Below are positions 51,694-64,000 of a DNA stretch of 64,000 nucleotides, in pieces. The DNA is taken from assembly GCF_006345805.1 (NCBI RefSeq), contig NC_043001.1, positions 113,522,001 to 113,586,000 of the forward strand, read 5' to 3'. Numbering within the stretch: the stretch's first letter is position 1; each line of letters opens with the position of its first letter. The DNA comes from Octopus sinensis (taxonomy: Eukaryota). A model generated the notes under the pieces. The model made no database searches, was not told the origin of the DNA, and saw only the letters and a program-made list of their open reading frames with translations. A program made the position numbers and the translations under genes.

Positions 51694-52199
51694 TCTCTAT
51701 ATCTATAAACGGCAAAATGTCCGTGTGTTTTTGTGTCTGTGTGTCCTTTATACAAATCCACAATTTTTCACGTAAAAGGCTCGTATTTTCTATGGGCTTT
51801 CAAAGCTGTCTGAGGGTGGTCATGAAGATCCTTTCATTTCTCCAGTCACCCCAGAAAGCCATTAAAAATCGACAAACCGACCCCTTATGCCCATAAGTTA
51901 TTTTGCGGCCAATTTCGAGTTTTTCGCTTTCTTCTGCCTCCTTTCTTGTTCGACTAATGGCATGTGCACAGTCCCGCTAATTTTCTATGGTTAAGCCGTT
52001 CCAGGTGTGAAAACCGAAGTCCAATGAATATTAATTACTCTCATAAAAAGCTCCAACTTGCTCATAAACAACAAAACTGGCCCAGGCTGAAATGTGATAA
52101 GAAACTTAGCTCTTGATTTAGTGAGAAATTTTTACTGCGACCCGGCAACGAACAACAAGCACTAGCACTAGACCCGGCAAAACCGGGTCATAGTGCTAG
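51694..52199 (+). mobile_element. Non-autonomous Helitron, second family
   Basis: A|TC start, CTAG|T end, terminal hairpin GACCCGG-CAAAA-CCGGGTC; the 3' ~40 bp is shared with the 9-12 kb Helitrons while the body differs. Confidence 0.85.
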
Positions 52200-53218
52200 T
52201 CATGCTGTAAATGGTGGTGAATTGATGGGCTTGTTAGTTCGTTGGGTGGGAGGCTGTCTGCGATATTTGCTCAGGCTCTTTACTTTATGCTTTCAAATCC
52301 CGCCGAGATCAAATTTGCCTTTCATCCGTTCAGGTTCGATAAAACAAAAAATGCAAGCCAAGCACTAATGGCGATGTAATCAACCAATGCTCTGCCCCAA
52401 CCAACAAATCGCTGGACTTGTGCCTAAATCAGAAACCATTACTTTTTCCATTATTTAGACTGCCATTATCATTAAGTGTTTCCCACATTTGTTAGAGTTC
52501 TATTTAGAAATAATTGTTTACTTTAGCTTTTCCATTTCTTGTGCAAAAGCAGGGGCTTTTAAACTAATTTGATGAGTGTGTTGGCAGACACGTTTGAAAG
52601 CGAAATCAACCTTACTAGGATTCATACTCAGCATGCAAAAGACGTAAAACATTTAAATACCTAAAGCCTTTAACTGTTTCTGGTCAAGTAAATGACCCTC
52701 AATTTAAGGGCAGGAGAACCTGTGCTCAAGGTATACTCGCTTTCGTCTTTCTTTGATCTGTATAGCTCACCGAGGTTTACAAAATCTAAAGTATCCGCTT
52801 CTTTCCGGAGGGTACGATGTATTTTGAGAGGCATTTAGCTGTTATTTTTAACAGATCGACCAATTTCGAAGGAGATTTGTCGATCGCTCATATTAGTTCT
52901 TGCAGACATACACTGTGTTAAATATTTGTGATATATTAATGGCCTTTTCAAATGCAGGAATTATTGTAAATTCCCAATGGTGCCTATTAAATGGTAATGT
53001 TGATTTGGATTGAAGCGATAACACTACGGCCCCTCCTTAAACATTTCAAATGATGATTTCTGCATCGATGAAATGGCTTTGTAGCCTTTGTTTTCAATAC
53101 CGTTTTTGTTTCAGTCAATAAATCTGCTGCTGCTGCTGGCGTTGCTGCTGCTGTTTTTCTGGTTGCTGATGATGTGATTATTATTATTATTATTGTTGTT
53201 GTTGTTGTTGTTGTTGTA

Positions 53219-53283
<65 letters not shown>

Positions 53284-53294
53284 CATCATTGTTA

Positions 53295-53494
53295 CTATAG
53301 AGTGGAGAGCTGGACGAAATTCTTAGCAGTATTTCGCCCGTCGCTACGTTCTGAGTTCAAATTTCGCCGAGGTTGGCTTTGCCTTTCAACCTTTCGGGGT
53401 TGACAAAATAAGTATCAGTTGAGCATTGTGGTCGATATAATCGACAATTCCCCACCTCCCCCTTACCTGCCCTTGTGACAAAAAACTGAAATGA

Positions 53495-53495
<1 letters not shown>
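53295..53495 (+). mobile_element. SINE family C
   Basis: Follows (ATT)n; homologous head and core. Confidence 0.85.
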
Positions 53496-53570
<75 letters not shown>

Positions 53571-53594
53571 TATTATTATTATTATCATTATTAT

Positions 53595-53760
53595 TTTCAT
53601 AGACGTCGCACAGTATACAATATCGTGAGGTTGTTGATTGAAGATATTATATCTACCGGGGCTTCGTACTGTTTCTCAAGTCACAACAAGGGCCTCGGAC
53701 AGACAGTACTTGACGCAACATGCGTGCGGTTCCAAGTAAAGCCGACATTTGCAATACATG
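53595..53760 (-). pseudogene. R4/Dong-type LINE extreme 3' end (distinct subfamily)
   Basis: Minus strand reads HVLQMSALLGTARMLRQVLSV, then a unique UTR; (ATT)n on both sides. Confidence 0.7.
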
Positions 53761-53793
<33 letters not shown>

Positions 53794-53807
53794 TATTATT
53801 ATTATTA

Positions 53808-53856
<49 letters not shown>

Positions 53857-53859
<3 letters not shown>

Positions 53860-55264
53860 TAGTTTTATTTTTTATAGCGTGCTTCCACTTCACTACCGAG
53901 CGCAGCTCTGTGTGCCTTGGGTATGTGTTGTGATTTGTTGTGATGTTCTGATGGTTATTGTATGGAAAGTGTTCTGCGTAGGATGTGTGCAGTGCCTAGT
54001 AGTGCAATTTTCTGTATGTTATATGTGTTTGTAAGTCCTGGTGTTTTTGTTATGTGTTTGTCTGAATATTTTTTTATCATGCCTAATGCACTTACTATGA
54101 TAGGAATTGTTTCTGTTTTTAGATTCCACATTTCCTCTATTTTCAGGTCTTTGTATTTTGAAAGTTTCTCCATTTCTTTTAGAGACACGTTGTCATCTGC
54201 TGGTATTGATACATCAATTTTTTCTTCATGATCTCTGACAACTATATCTGGTCTGTTGGCCTTAATTTCTCCTTCTGTGTGTATCGGCATATCCCAGAGT
54301 ATGGTTGCTTTCTCGTTTCTGTGACCTTTTCTGGTGTGTGCCTATACCATCTTTTTTCTGTTGTTATTCCATAATGTTGGCATAGCTTCCAGTGTATGTA
54401 GGTCCCAACTCTGTCGTGTCTGTGAATATATTCCTCCTTAGCCAGGACTGGGCAGCCAGAGATAATATGATTTATTGTTTCTTGTCCATCTCCACATATT
54501 CTGCAGTTACTTGTTATATTTCTTTTCATTACATGTTTTTGGTAATTTCTGGTGGGGAGGATTTGGTCTTGTGCTGCAATTAAAAATCCCTCTGTCTCTG
54601 CTTTGAGTCCTGAGCTTCTCAACCATTGTTGGGATTTTTCTTTGTCTATTTCTTTTGCATTTAGTTTAGTCCAGTATTTGCCATGAAGGGGCTTTTCTTG
54701 CCATCGCTTTATCATGGTTCTTTGCTGTTCTAGTTTTAGTTTGGATTTCATTTGTTTCTTCTTCTTCTTCTTCTTCTTCTTCTTCTTCTTCTTCTTCTTC
54801 TTCTTCTTCTTCTTCTTCTTCTTCTTCTTCTTCTTCTTCTCCATATTTGTTAGGTGGTATGATTTCTTGTTTGTATTTGTCAGCTTCCTTAAATACTGAG
54901 AACAGTTTTTTGTTTGCTCGTGTTTTGCCGCTATTTGTATCAGTTTTCCTTCCTTCTGAAGTAGATATATTTGCAGTCCTATGGTGGTTATTTTATAGTA
55001 GTTTTCCAGCTGTATAAAGCCTCTACCACCTTCCATACGTTGTATATATAGTCTTTCTATGTCAGATTTTGGGTGATGCATCCTAGATCCTGTCAGTATT
55101 TTTCTTGTTTTCCTATCTATTTTGGACAGTTCATTTCGTGTCCAGTTAAGGATATTGTAGCTGTAACTTATAACTGGGACAGCTAAAGTGTTAATACCTA
55201 TTATCCTGTTTTTAGCATTGAGCTCTGTTTTCAGTATTGATCTAACTCGTCTATAATATTCTTT
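53857..55264 (-). pseudogene. 5'-truncated R4/Dong-type LINE (RT thumb, CCHC knuckle, RLE)
   Basis: KEYYRRVRSILKTELNAKN..MHHPKSDIERLY..GGRG..KPLHGKY..CRICGDGQETINHIISGC..RHDRVG..RPDIVV..ID..KY; frameshifted; (ATT)n arrays on both sides. Confidence 0.92.
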
Positions 55265-55302
55265 TATTATTATTATTATTATTACTATTATTATTATTAT
55301 TA

Positions 55303-55335
<33 letters not shown>

Positions 55336-55375
55336 CATTATTATTATTATTACTATTATTATTATGATGATGATG

Positions 55376-55424
<49 letters not shown>

Positions 55425-55467
55425 ACATCATCATAACAATAGCAGAAAGGATTATAATAATATTACT

Positions 55468-55680
55468 GTAGAGCAGCGAGCTGGCAGAATCATTAGCACG
55501 CCGGGCGAAATGCTTAGCGTATTTCGTCTGCCGCTATGTTCTTCTGAGTTCAAATCCCGCCGAGGTCTACTTTTCCCCATCATTCTTTCGGGGTCGATAA
55601 ATTCAGTACCAGTGAAACACTGGGATGGACATAATTGATGAGGCCCCCGAACCTATAGTCTTGTGCCTATAGTAGAATGG
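55468..55680 (+). mobile_element. SINE family C
   Basis: GCAGCGAGCTGGCAGAATCATTAGCACG; flanked by ATT-type repeats. Confidence 0.88.
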
Positions 55681-55708
55681 ATTATTATTATCATTACTAC
55701 TACTACTG

Positions 55709-55840
<132 letters not shown>

Positions 55841-56180
55841 ATCTGGTATTATTCCTCCATTAAGGCAATCCTAAATTTGTTCTCTCAGCCTCCCGTGTAA
55901 ACTACTGAATTGTTTCAGCCAATACCCTTGAACTAAATCTGGCTCTGGCACCTTTCAGTTCGGCATTTTTCCTAATACTTTACTCATTAATGCATTAGAT
56001 AATCTTAGATCTGGTTTCTTCTCACTCACTACTTCTTTCCTCACTTTAAACCATACTGCATCTCCTTTATGATTGACTGGTTTATCCCAAATATTACTCC
56101 CAAACTTTCTAGCTATCTCTGCATTAATTTTCTCATTTTCAACCACGAGAGATACTGTCTGGTAATGCACTAGGGCATTT
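55841..56180 (-). pseudogene. R4/Dong-type LINE fragment, pre-RT/RT N-terminal region
   Basis: KMPN*KVPEPDLVQGYWLKQFSSLHGRL, compared with the typical MPNWKAPGPDLVQGYWLK. Confidence 0.75.
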
Positions 56181-56215
<35 letters not shown>

Positions 56216-56233
56216 TATTATTATTATTATTAT

Positions 56234-56825
56234 TTTTTTTTCTTCTTTCAAATTTGCTTCCATTTCTTGCCGAGCGTCTTCCCGACTCCTAGGGCAAAGA
56301 AACTCATAGAATACATTGGTAGGCCATTAAACCAAACTTAATAGTTCGTTCATTAAAAAAAAAAAATTTTTTATTAAGGTTAAATTAAAATACATGGGCA
56401 GTAACAGCTCTCACAGCGACAATGCTCTTCTCAATACGTGTGATGTACCAGTTAAGACAATCTTTTGCACTTCTTGCAGGGATGGTAAGCCAGGGATCAT
56501 TCTCATATAATTTTCGGTTCCCTTCTTGATCATTCCTAGTGCTCCTACGATCACTGGTATTGTAACTGCCTTGAGATGCCACATTTTCATAATTTCAATG
56601 AGCAGGTCTTTATATTTTCTGAGCTTGTCAAACTCTTTCGCCGAGATATTATGATCACAGGGGATGCTCATGTCGATCAATAAGCAAACTTTATTGTTTT
56701 TGTCTTTCACAACAATATCTGGTTTATTGGCTTTGATGGTTCGGTCTGTATGTACTGGAAAGTCCCACAGAATCATTACATTTTCTCCTTCAGTTACAAC
56801 TTCAGGGTGGTGATTATACCACTTA
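56234..56825 (-). pseudogene. R4/Dong-type LINE 3' end with an open RLE domain
   Basis: KWYNHHPEVV..ILWDFPVHTDRTIKANKPDIVVKDK..CLLIDMSIP..KLRKYKDL..IPVIVGALG..LTGTSHVLRRALSL (PD..D..K motif). Confidence 0.9.
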
Positions 56826-56854
56826 TTATTATTATTATATTATTATTATTATTA

Positions 56855-56896
<42 letters not shown>

Positions 56897-57199
56897 CCCT
56901 TCGTTACACAGTGTAGGTAAAAATGCACTGTAGTTTTTTGTCATCTGTCAACTCACAACTTGGACCTCAGACAGATAATATTTTCCTTAAGATATGCGTT
57001 GTGCCTAGTGAGACTGCTTTTTGCAAGACATCAATCTTGCATGAGACTTTCAGTTGCCTTAAGAGGTCTTGAAGTTTCAGTGGGATTGAGTCCAGCGCTC
57101 TGATCACCACTGGTATCACTTTTACATTACCCTCTTGCATTCCATATAGTCTTGCCATTTCCACTTTCAATTCGTAGTTCTTGGCAATTTATCAACCTC

Positions 57200-57200
<1 letters not shown>
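56897..57200 (-). pseudogene. R4/Dong-type LINE 3' end (another subfamily)
   Basis: VEMARLYG..VKVIPVVI..LQKAVSLGTTHILRKILSV; (ATT)n on both sides. Confidence 0.8.
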
Positions 57201-57265
<65 letters not shown>

Positions 57266-57310
57266 GTTATTGTTGTTGTTGTTGTTGTTGTTGTTATTAT
57301 TATTATCATT

Positions 57311-57864
57311 GAGTGAGAGAGCAGTTCATGCCATCAAAGTGACACTGGGGTAAAATATACGAAGCCCAATATACCCATCATGACTACCCGTCTGATAAAG
57401 GTACACCAGGCACATGCATCACAACCATATGTGCGCGACATGGTGATCTCATATCAAGATAAACAGCACATGACCTTGCAGGTGGAGCCCAGTTAGAATT
57501 TTCTTCAGGTTGAGTAGCCCATCCCGCTCAAACGGTCCCTGAATAAGGGTTGTTTAAGGATGTTGAAAGAACCACCCATGTTTCCAGAGGTGAATTATTC
57601 AAACCCCAAAGAATCCCTCTCAACACATGGCTATGATGCTCCCCCACTACTTCTGCTCGTGATCAGAGATGCACATATCGTCAGCCACTAAGGGACATGC
57701 TCAACTGGTTACGGTCAAACAACTGGCAAGCAAATCTGTGGTATTGAGCAGAATATTTGCTGTAGCCCATCTTTTATACCAAGACAAAACAATGTACATG
57801 ATAACACTTCCAATCAGTTAAGATCAGAAGCCATGAGAGCCACTGCCTGGTACTGCATCAGGGC

Positions 57865-57867
<3 letters not shown>
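57311..57867. mobile_element. Family D element, longest copy (557 bp)
   Basis: Runs from GAGTGAGAGAGCAG to CATCAGGGCATT between (ATT)n arrays. Confidence 0.9.
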
Positions 57868-57917
<50 letters not shown>

Positions 57918-57920
<3 letters not shown>

Positions 57921-58135
57921 GGCTGCAAGCTGACATAATCATGAGGACGCTGGACGAAATGCTCAGCGATATTTTGCCCGTCGCTACGTTCTGAGTTCAA
58001 ATTCCACCGAGGTTGACTTTGCTTTTCATCCTTTCGGGGTCGCCAAATTAAGTACCAGTGAAACACTGGGTTCGATGTAATCAACTTATCCCCTCCTCCA
58101 AAATGGCTGCCCTCGTGGCAAAATTTGAAGCCATT
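57918..58135 (+). mobile_element. SINE family C
   Basis: Starts immediately after (ATT)n and ends into ATTATT. Confidence 0.85.
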
Positions 58136-58444
58136 ATTATTATTATTACTTTTATTATTATAATAATTATTACATCAAAATAACGGGTGGTGGATTGCTA
58201 GAGGTTCAGACAAAATGATAAACTGAGTTTACTTGTTTCAGTTTTTCATTCTGAGTTTAAATCACACAAATACCTACTTGCCTTATATGCTGTGAGTGTC
58301 GATAAAGTACCAGTCAAATACTGGTGTTGATTTAATCCATCTCTTAAAAATACCGGCGCGGAACCTACGTCAGGAATTAATATCATAATATCGAAATAAC
58401 AGTAGTGGCTCAGCAGAATTCATAGAGCATTGAATAAAATACCC

Positions 58445-58830
58445 TGCAGATAATGCGTCCCTGTAGCCTTCTTCCTGCAACTTTTCCGTTCTTCTGGTAG
58501 TAAATTCTGGTTATCAAGGGGCTCTAAATGCTTTCTGAAAGCAATGCAATAAACAGCTTCCACGCTAATGGTAAGCAAGAGATTGGTCTATAGATTCTAA
58601 TTGTATTATCTCTGCTCTTATCCTTCATAATGTGTATTGTCCTCCCTCTAGTTATCCAATCTGGCTTTCTAAGCTTTCCTTACGTTACGAGTGCTTATCT
58701 CACTGATTTTTTAACTTTCAAACGTTCTTAATCTATAAATTAATATCAATCAAGTTCTTGGGTTTAATACAATCGATTGTTTCATCCTCCAATATAGCTG
58801 ATGATGTGCTAATGTTAGTGATCATTACTA
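58445..58830 (-). pseudogene. Old R4/Dong-type RT fragment (domains 1-2)
   Basis: Minus strand reads PDWITRGRTIHIMKDK..YRPISCLPLAWKLF..NQNLLPEERKSCRKK. Confidence 0.8.
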
Positions 58831-58914
58831 TATCAAACTATCTCAGCGTGTAAACAAGTACAGAAAAAATTGATACTTCTTGCTTTAATCAGTGAATTAA
58901 TATTACAGATTGAG

Positions 58915-59110
58915 TTAGGGCAGCAACACGGTCAAAATGACTAACGGCATTTCGTCCGTCTTTATGTTCTGAGCTGAAATTCTGCAGAGATAGACTTGGT
59001 TTTCATCCTTTTGGAGTCTATAAAATAAGTACCAGTTGAACCCTGAGATCGATCTAATCGATTTACCCCACCCCGAAATTGCTAGCCATGCGCCAAAATT
59101 TGAAACCAGT
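58915..59110 (-). mobile_element. SINE family C, degenerate
   Basis: Homology to family C. Confidence 0.75.
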
Positions 59111-59888
59111 ATCATAGATTGATAAAGCTTATATGTAAATTCTATTGAGAAAAAAACAAACAAACAATGATAGCCTTCAAAATAATTTGGTTTAATACTA
59201 TTTTTGCATATTCATTATTGGGTTATCGATATAATTATTGTTGTCGTTGTTTTTTTTATATAGATCACACCTGATTAAGCAGATCTATGACCAAGAATGT
59301 GTGATCATCCCCTCTTTATAAATATCTATGAAAATTCTTTCCCATGGTCCTTATTTTCTTTTAATACGTTACGTGATGATATAAGGTAAAATTCGCTCAA
59401 TATGGAAATTCTTCGGTATGACACTGGCCAAAGTACCTCGATCAATTTCAAATTAAGGATGCTTTACCTGGTGTCACTCAAGTAATGTCAAATTGTTTCT
59501 GCGTTATATCTTTATCTACAAATATATTTTTAAGGCACTGTAATTATCTCCAGTTATCAATGTCAAATTGATCTTTTGTGCTGATGCAGAAAACGTTCGA
59601 AGGAGTGTTTCGTGTATCCTAACTGATTTGTTCATTTATAATTAGCGAAGACATCAACACAGTATAAAATGCCATTTTCTATGCATTTATCGTTTAGGGA
59701 GCAAAGCTTTATATTTTGGTATTTGTATGTCGGTTACTTTCGCTTTTCGATTGTTAGCAATATTTATCCTGGAATATGTCTATGATAGAGAATCCATTTA
59801 TAATAGAATATATAACACCCAGCTAATATCATATATAATGTACTTTCTTTCAAATGTTATACGTGCATGGCGATACATGATCAGACAT

Positions 59889-60120
<232 letters not shown>

Positions 60121-60121
60121 C

Positions 60122-60271
60122 GCTGTGATATAAGAAGCTTGCTTCCTAACCATATTGCCCTGGATTCAGTCCCACTGCACGTCACCTTGGACAAGCATCT
60201 TCTACTATTACTTTAGGCTAACCAAAGCCTTGTGAGTTGATTTGGTAGATGGAAACTGAAAGAAACCCGTC

Positions 60272-60275
<4 letters not shown>
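60122..60275 (+). mobile_element. SINE family A, 5' half
   Basis: Head up to GAAAGAAACCCGTCGTA, then (TA)n. Confidence 0.8.
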
Positions 60276-60306
<31 letters not shown>

Positions 60307-60357
60307 ATGCTGAATTACAAAAGAAACTTAAAAAACGTCAAAGCTGGCGATATTAGC

Positions 60358-60870
60358 AGTGGAAGATTGTAGTCTTCTCTGACGAAAGTTGATATTGCAT
60401 TTCTGTGGTAGATGGCGGAGCGAGACGCGTGGGGAGGAGAGAGCATCATCGCATGGGACAGGATTGCACTCAACCAGAAACTTGAACTGGTGGTCGTCCA
60501 AAACATCTGCCAAACCTGGAGTAATGCAATAACCGTTGTTCGTTGCATCGACCTGGTGTTGAAGCCTCACATTTTGTCATACTTTGCCCATCATCAGATG
60601 CCCATTCTACCAGGTTGACAACAGACTTCCTCCAACAGCACAACATCCAGACACTGCCATGGACTGCCGTAAGTCCGGACTTGAACCCCCATGGATCACC
60701 TGTTTGACGAAATTTAAAGAAGGCTAAATGATATTTGTCCAAGGCCGACAACTGCGACATAATTAGCTGCAAGTTTTAACAGAGTGGCCTTAATCAATCG
60801 TTTGGTGAAATCATTGTACAGAAGACGCCTGGCGGTAATAAATGCTTCTGGTGGTCACATGAGAAATTGA
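60358..60870 (+). pseudogene. Tc1-family transposase DDE-domain remnant
   Basis: QWKIVVFSDES, FLQQHNIQTLPWTAVSPDLNPMDHLFDEI and RRRLAVINASGGH, interrupted by stops and frameshifts. Confidence 0.9.
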
Positions 60871-61084
60871 GTTCATCTCTTTGGATCTAGGACACTCCGT
60901 CATCATGTGACACCAAACATATTACAGGAAATGTGACCTCAAACATGTTTCAGGAAATGACGTATTATCATTAGGAAATAACGGTTTCTTAATTAGCACT
61001 CTTTAATAGTCGGTTAATAAACCGTTTTCTATTTAGTATGTGTGTGACGTTTCCTTTGCGGTTCAATTTATATATGTGCGAGTA

Positions 61085-61133
<49 letters not shown>

Positions 61134-61164
61134 TGTGTGTGTATCTTTGAGCTCGTATTTGTTC

Positions 61165-61368
61165 TCACTAACAACACGTGACAACCGGTGTTGGTGTGTT
61201 TACGTCCCCGTAACGTATCGGTTCGACAGATAGTATAAGTACCATGTTTAGCAAGAAAAGAAAAAAAGAAAATTAAGTACGGGAGTCGATTCATTCGACT
61301 AAAAATTCTTCAAGGCGGTGACTCGGCAGTCTTATGACTGAAACTAGTAAAACTAGTAAAAGATAAAA
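61165..61368 (+). mobile_element. SINE family A, 3' half
   Basis: TGACAACCGGTGTTGGTGTGTTTACGTCCCCG through AGTAAAAGATAAAA. Confidence 0.8.
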
Positions 61369-61483
61369 TGTATACACAGATATTGCATATAAAGACTCAT
61401 GCTTGTATGTATATATAAAATACATTAACTATAAACATAAATGTGTAAATTGGAGGTACATATATATGATGTATACGTTGATA

Positions 61484-61571
<88 letters not shown>

Positions 61572-62859
61572 TATGCATGTGTGTGTATATGTATAATAAT
61601 AATATTAGGGAGTATAACTCCAAACTTACAGGGAAAAATTCAGTTTAGTATTAAATCAAATTTCACAGTATAAATATATAATATGTAATATATAAATTAG
61701 AGAAAAACCACTATTATGCAATTCAAACAATGATAGACAAAGTACAACAATGAATAAACAATATATAACATATAATATATAATATTGCACTTATATATTG
61801 TTTATTCATTTTTGTACTTTTGTGATCTAGTTATTTGTTTAAAATATATTTTATTTCTTATTTATGATTTGGTTTATGTCTATCATTGTTTAAACTGTAT
61901 AATAGTGGTTTTTCTCTAATTTATATATATTTAGGTATTTATATATATATGGATATAGTTATATATATGTATGTATGTATATTATATATATATATGAAGA
62001 GAGCGGGGAAAGGAGAGAAGGTGGGAGAGAGTGAGAGGAAGGGGGAGAGAGAGGGAAAATTGGAGAGTCATGAAAAGAGATCTTTGCGCATGTGAAATGA
62101 AGTGGATCAAATAAGTGTAGCGGATAGAGACAATAGAAGGATATAATAGAAATTGAAGACTTACAATATTGTTACACCCAGCTTCCCGTTGCTGCTCAAC
62201 GGTCAATTATGAAAAACTGAATATGATATTTGGCTAACAGTAAGCGCTGAGTTCAACTACTTTGAATATAATAGCAGAACGGATACCGGTTGGATAATAT
62301 ACAGTACCATAATCTTATTAGATAACGATATACTCGGTATTCAAAATTTATTAACTACCACTAGTGTTATTAGAAAATGTTATCTCATCGTAAGTGAAAT
62401 GAAAGGTGTGTGCAGTTAATTATTTCCACTCTCACGTTTATATTCAGACATGAAACAGTTTTATGGTGTGTTAGGTATCTTGATAGCGTAAAATAATTTC
62501 ACGGTGTAAGATACTTTGTAAATATTTGCAATTTTATTGGGTACATGTGTTATAAGTCTTTTGTTTGCTCCATCATTTTTCTTTCTATTTCTTTTCTTAT
62601 AATATACGGGCTTTATCAGAATTTTGTGCAGATGTTAAATTCTTGCTTAGAGAGTTTGGTGAGATTCAGGATAAACGACAAAAATTTATGAGGTTTTACC
62701 TTGCAATTTACATATACTTACATACAAACCCACTCATATACACATATGTAAGTTGATAAATAATATTCTGGACAAAATAAAGAGTTCAATACAGTAGTCT
62801 GGCCAAACTGATGGCCACTGTACTGGACCATATATATATATATATATATTGTTTGAGGG

Positions 62860-63240
62860 CGAGTTATTATTAGGGGTGAGATGTATTTTATTTGCCTGTT
62901 GGCTGTTATGTTTTATGTTGCTATTTTTCCTAGTTTCGTAGCTTATTATTGTTGATCGAGGCAGTGATGATAGTTAGGTTACTAGTTAGGCTATGACCTA
63001 CTCTAATTCAATTCTTAAAGATTTCTGAGTATTTGTTATTTAAGTTCAGGTGCTTATCTATAAGTCTCATTATGGAGTGAACTTTATTAGATTCAAGGTG
63101 CATCGCGAAGGGAATTATTAAACAGATCTTATCACTATTCCCTTTATTTTTAATATTATTATTTTTGGTGTAGAAGCTGTCCTCAGTATTCGTGTACAGT
63201 GTAAAGTTGCTGCTATGATTATAATATTTCTTTCTATAGT
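62860..63240 (-). pseudogene. Penelope-like element RT thumb/linker remnant
   Basis: Minus strand reads IIPFAMHLESNKVHSIMRLIDKHLNLNNKYSEIFKN*IRVGHSLTSNLTIITASINN, resembling the PLE motif LIDKHF....KIFNRNT.KVSYSC..N...II..HN. Confidence 0.55.
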
Positions 63241-63355
63241 TATTTTTATTATTGTTCTTTTAATGTTTATTGGGGTTAATTCTGTACGGTTTTCTTAAGT
63301 TATATGGCTTGGTGCTATCATTCTTAATTGGGGTTATATTGGTTCTTTGGGGTTC

Positions 63356-63424
<69 letters not shown>

Positions 63425-63425
<1 letters not shown>

Positions 63426-63808
63426 TATGTTTGACTTTTGCTTTATGTCTGTACAAGTTGGCTCCAAGTCTCACCCAGAGACCCCAAGAGACAACAGGTT
63501 GGAAGTTCTGTGCCATATATTTGGGGTTTTTTTTTGGTGTTGTACTAGTGAATGTCTAATACATAAGAATAAAAAATTAAAAAAAATAATAAAAGTTTGT
63601 TTTAAACCTTGGGATTACATAGAGAGTATTTTGCGTAGGATATGAGCAGTTCCCATGAGCACTATCTTTTGGATTTCTGCCATTTTGGGGTTTCCTGGTA
63701 TCTGAGTTAGGTAGCAATCAGTCCCTTTCGCTATCATTCCCAGGGCACCTATGACAACAGGTATTGTTTTAGTCTTCAGCTTCCACATTTTGCTGATTTC
63801 TATTTCTA

Positions 63809-63810
<2 letters not shown>
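63425..63810 (-). pseudogene. R4/Dong-type LINE 3' end (further subfamily) with an open C-terminal frame
   Basis: IEIEISKMWKLKTKTIPVVIGALGMIAKG..IQKIVLMGTAHILRKILSM*, then a ~195-bp UTR; (ATT)n on both sides. Confidence 0.88.
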
Positions 63811-63878
<68 letters not shown>

Positions 63879-64000
63879 GTCGTGTTAGTATTCTTAATTC
63901 TATTAATTTTCATATTGTTGGTATTATTTTTGTTATCATTTTTAATGTTGTTAGTTATCGTATTGTGAATTTTATTATTTCTACTGTTTTTTGGTTATTA

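Noticed and set aside
55841-58830. Dong fragments as one element broken by insertions
   Set aside because: Fragment order on the minus strand is not collinear with the protein, regions overlap, and the UTRs differ.
60377-60390. CTGACGAAAG as a hammerhead core
   Set aside because: It is the FSDES codon string of the Tc1 transposase; no helices form.

Overview
AT-rich eukaryotic DNA saturated with microsatellites and repeats. I find no host protein-coding exon, tRNA or rRNA gene or CRISPR array that I can support. Nearly all ORFs in the track are translations of microsatellites such as (TA)n, (TATC)n, (ATT)n, (ATC)n and (GTA)n. The SINE families resemble those I recall from octopus, so a cephalopod genome is inferred but not proven. 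Recognisable content: (1) four tRNA-headed SINE groups in more than 30 copies; (2) at least eight minus-strand fragments of R4/Dong-type restriction-like-endonuclease (RLE) LINEs, most embedded in (TAA)n arrays; (3) a 5'-truncated Tx1/L1-type LINE inside a (TATC)n array; (4) a decayed CR1 LINE; (5) three non-autonomous Helitrons; (6) Tc1/mariner and pogo remnants; (7) Penelope-like element (PLE) relics; (8) several small (TA)n-flanked elements carrying minimal hammerhead ribozyme (HHR) motifs, some forming fold-back palindromes. The most interesting signal is an apparent set of microsatellite-targeting retroelements (Dong in TAA, Tx1 in TATC, HHR elements in TA), together with the ribozyme motifs, a 147-bp flanking duplication and tail-swapped SINEs. 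All coordinates and alignments were read by eye.
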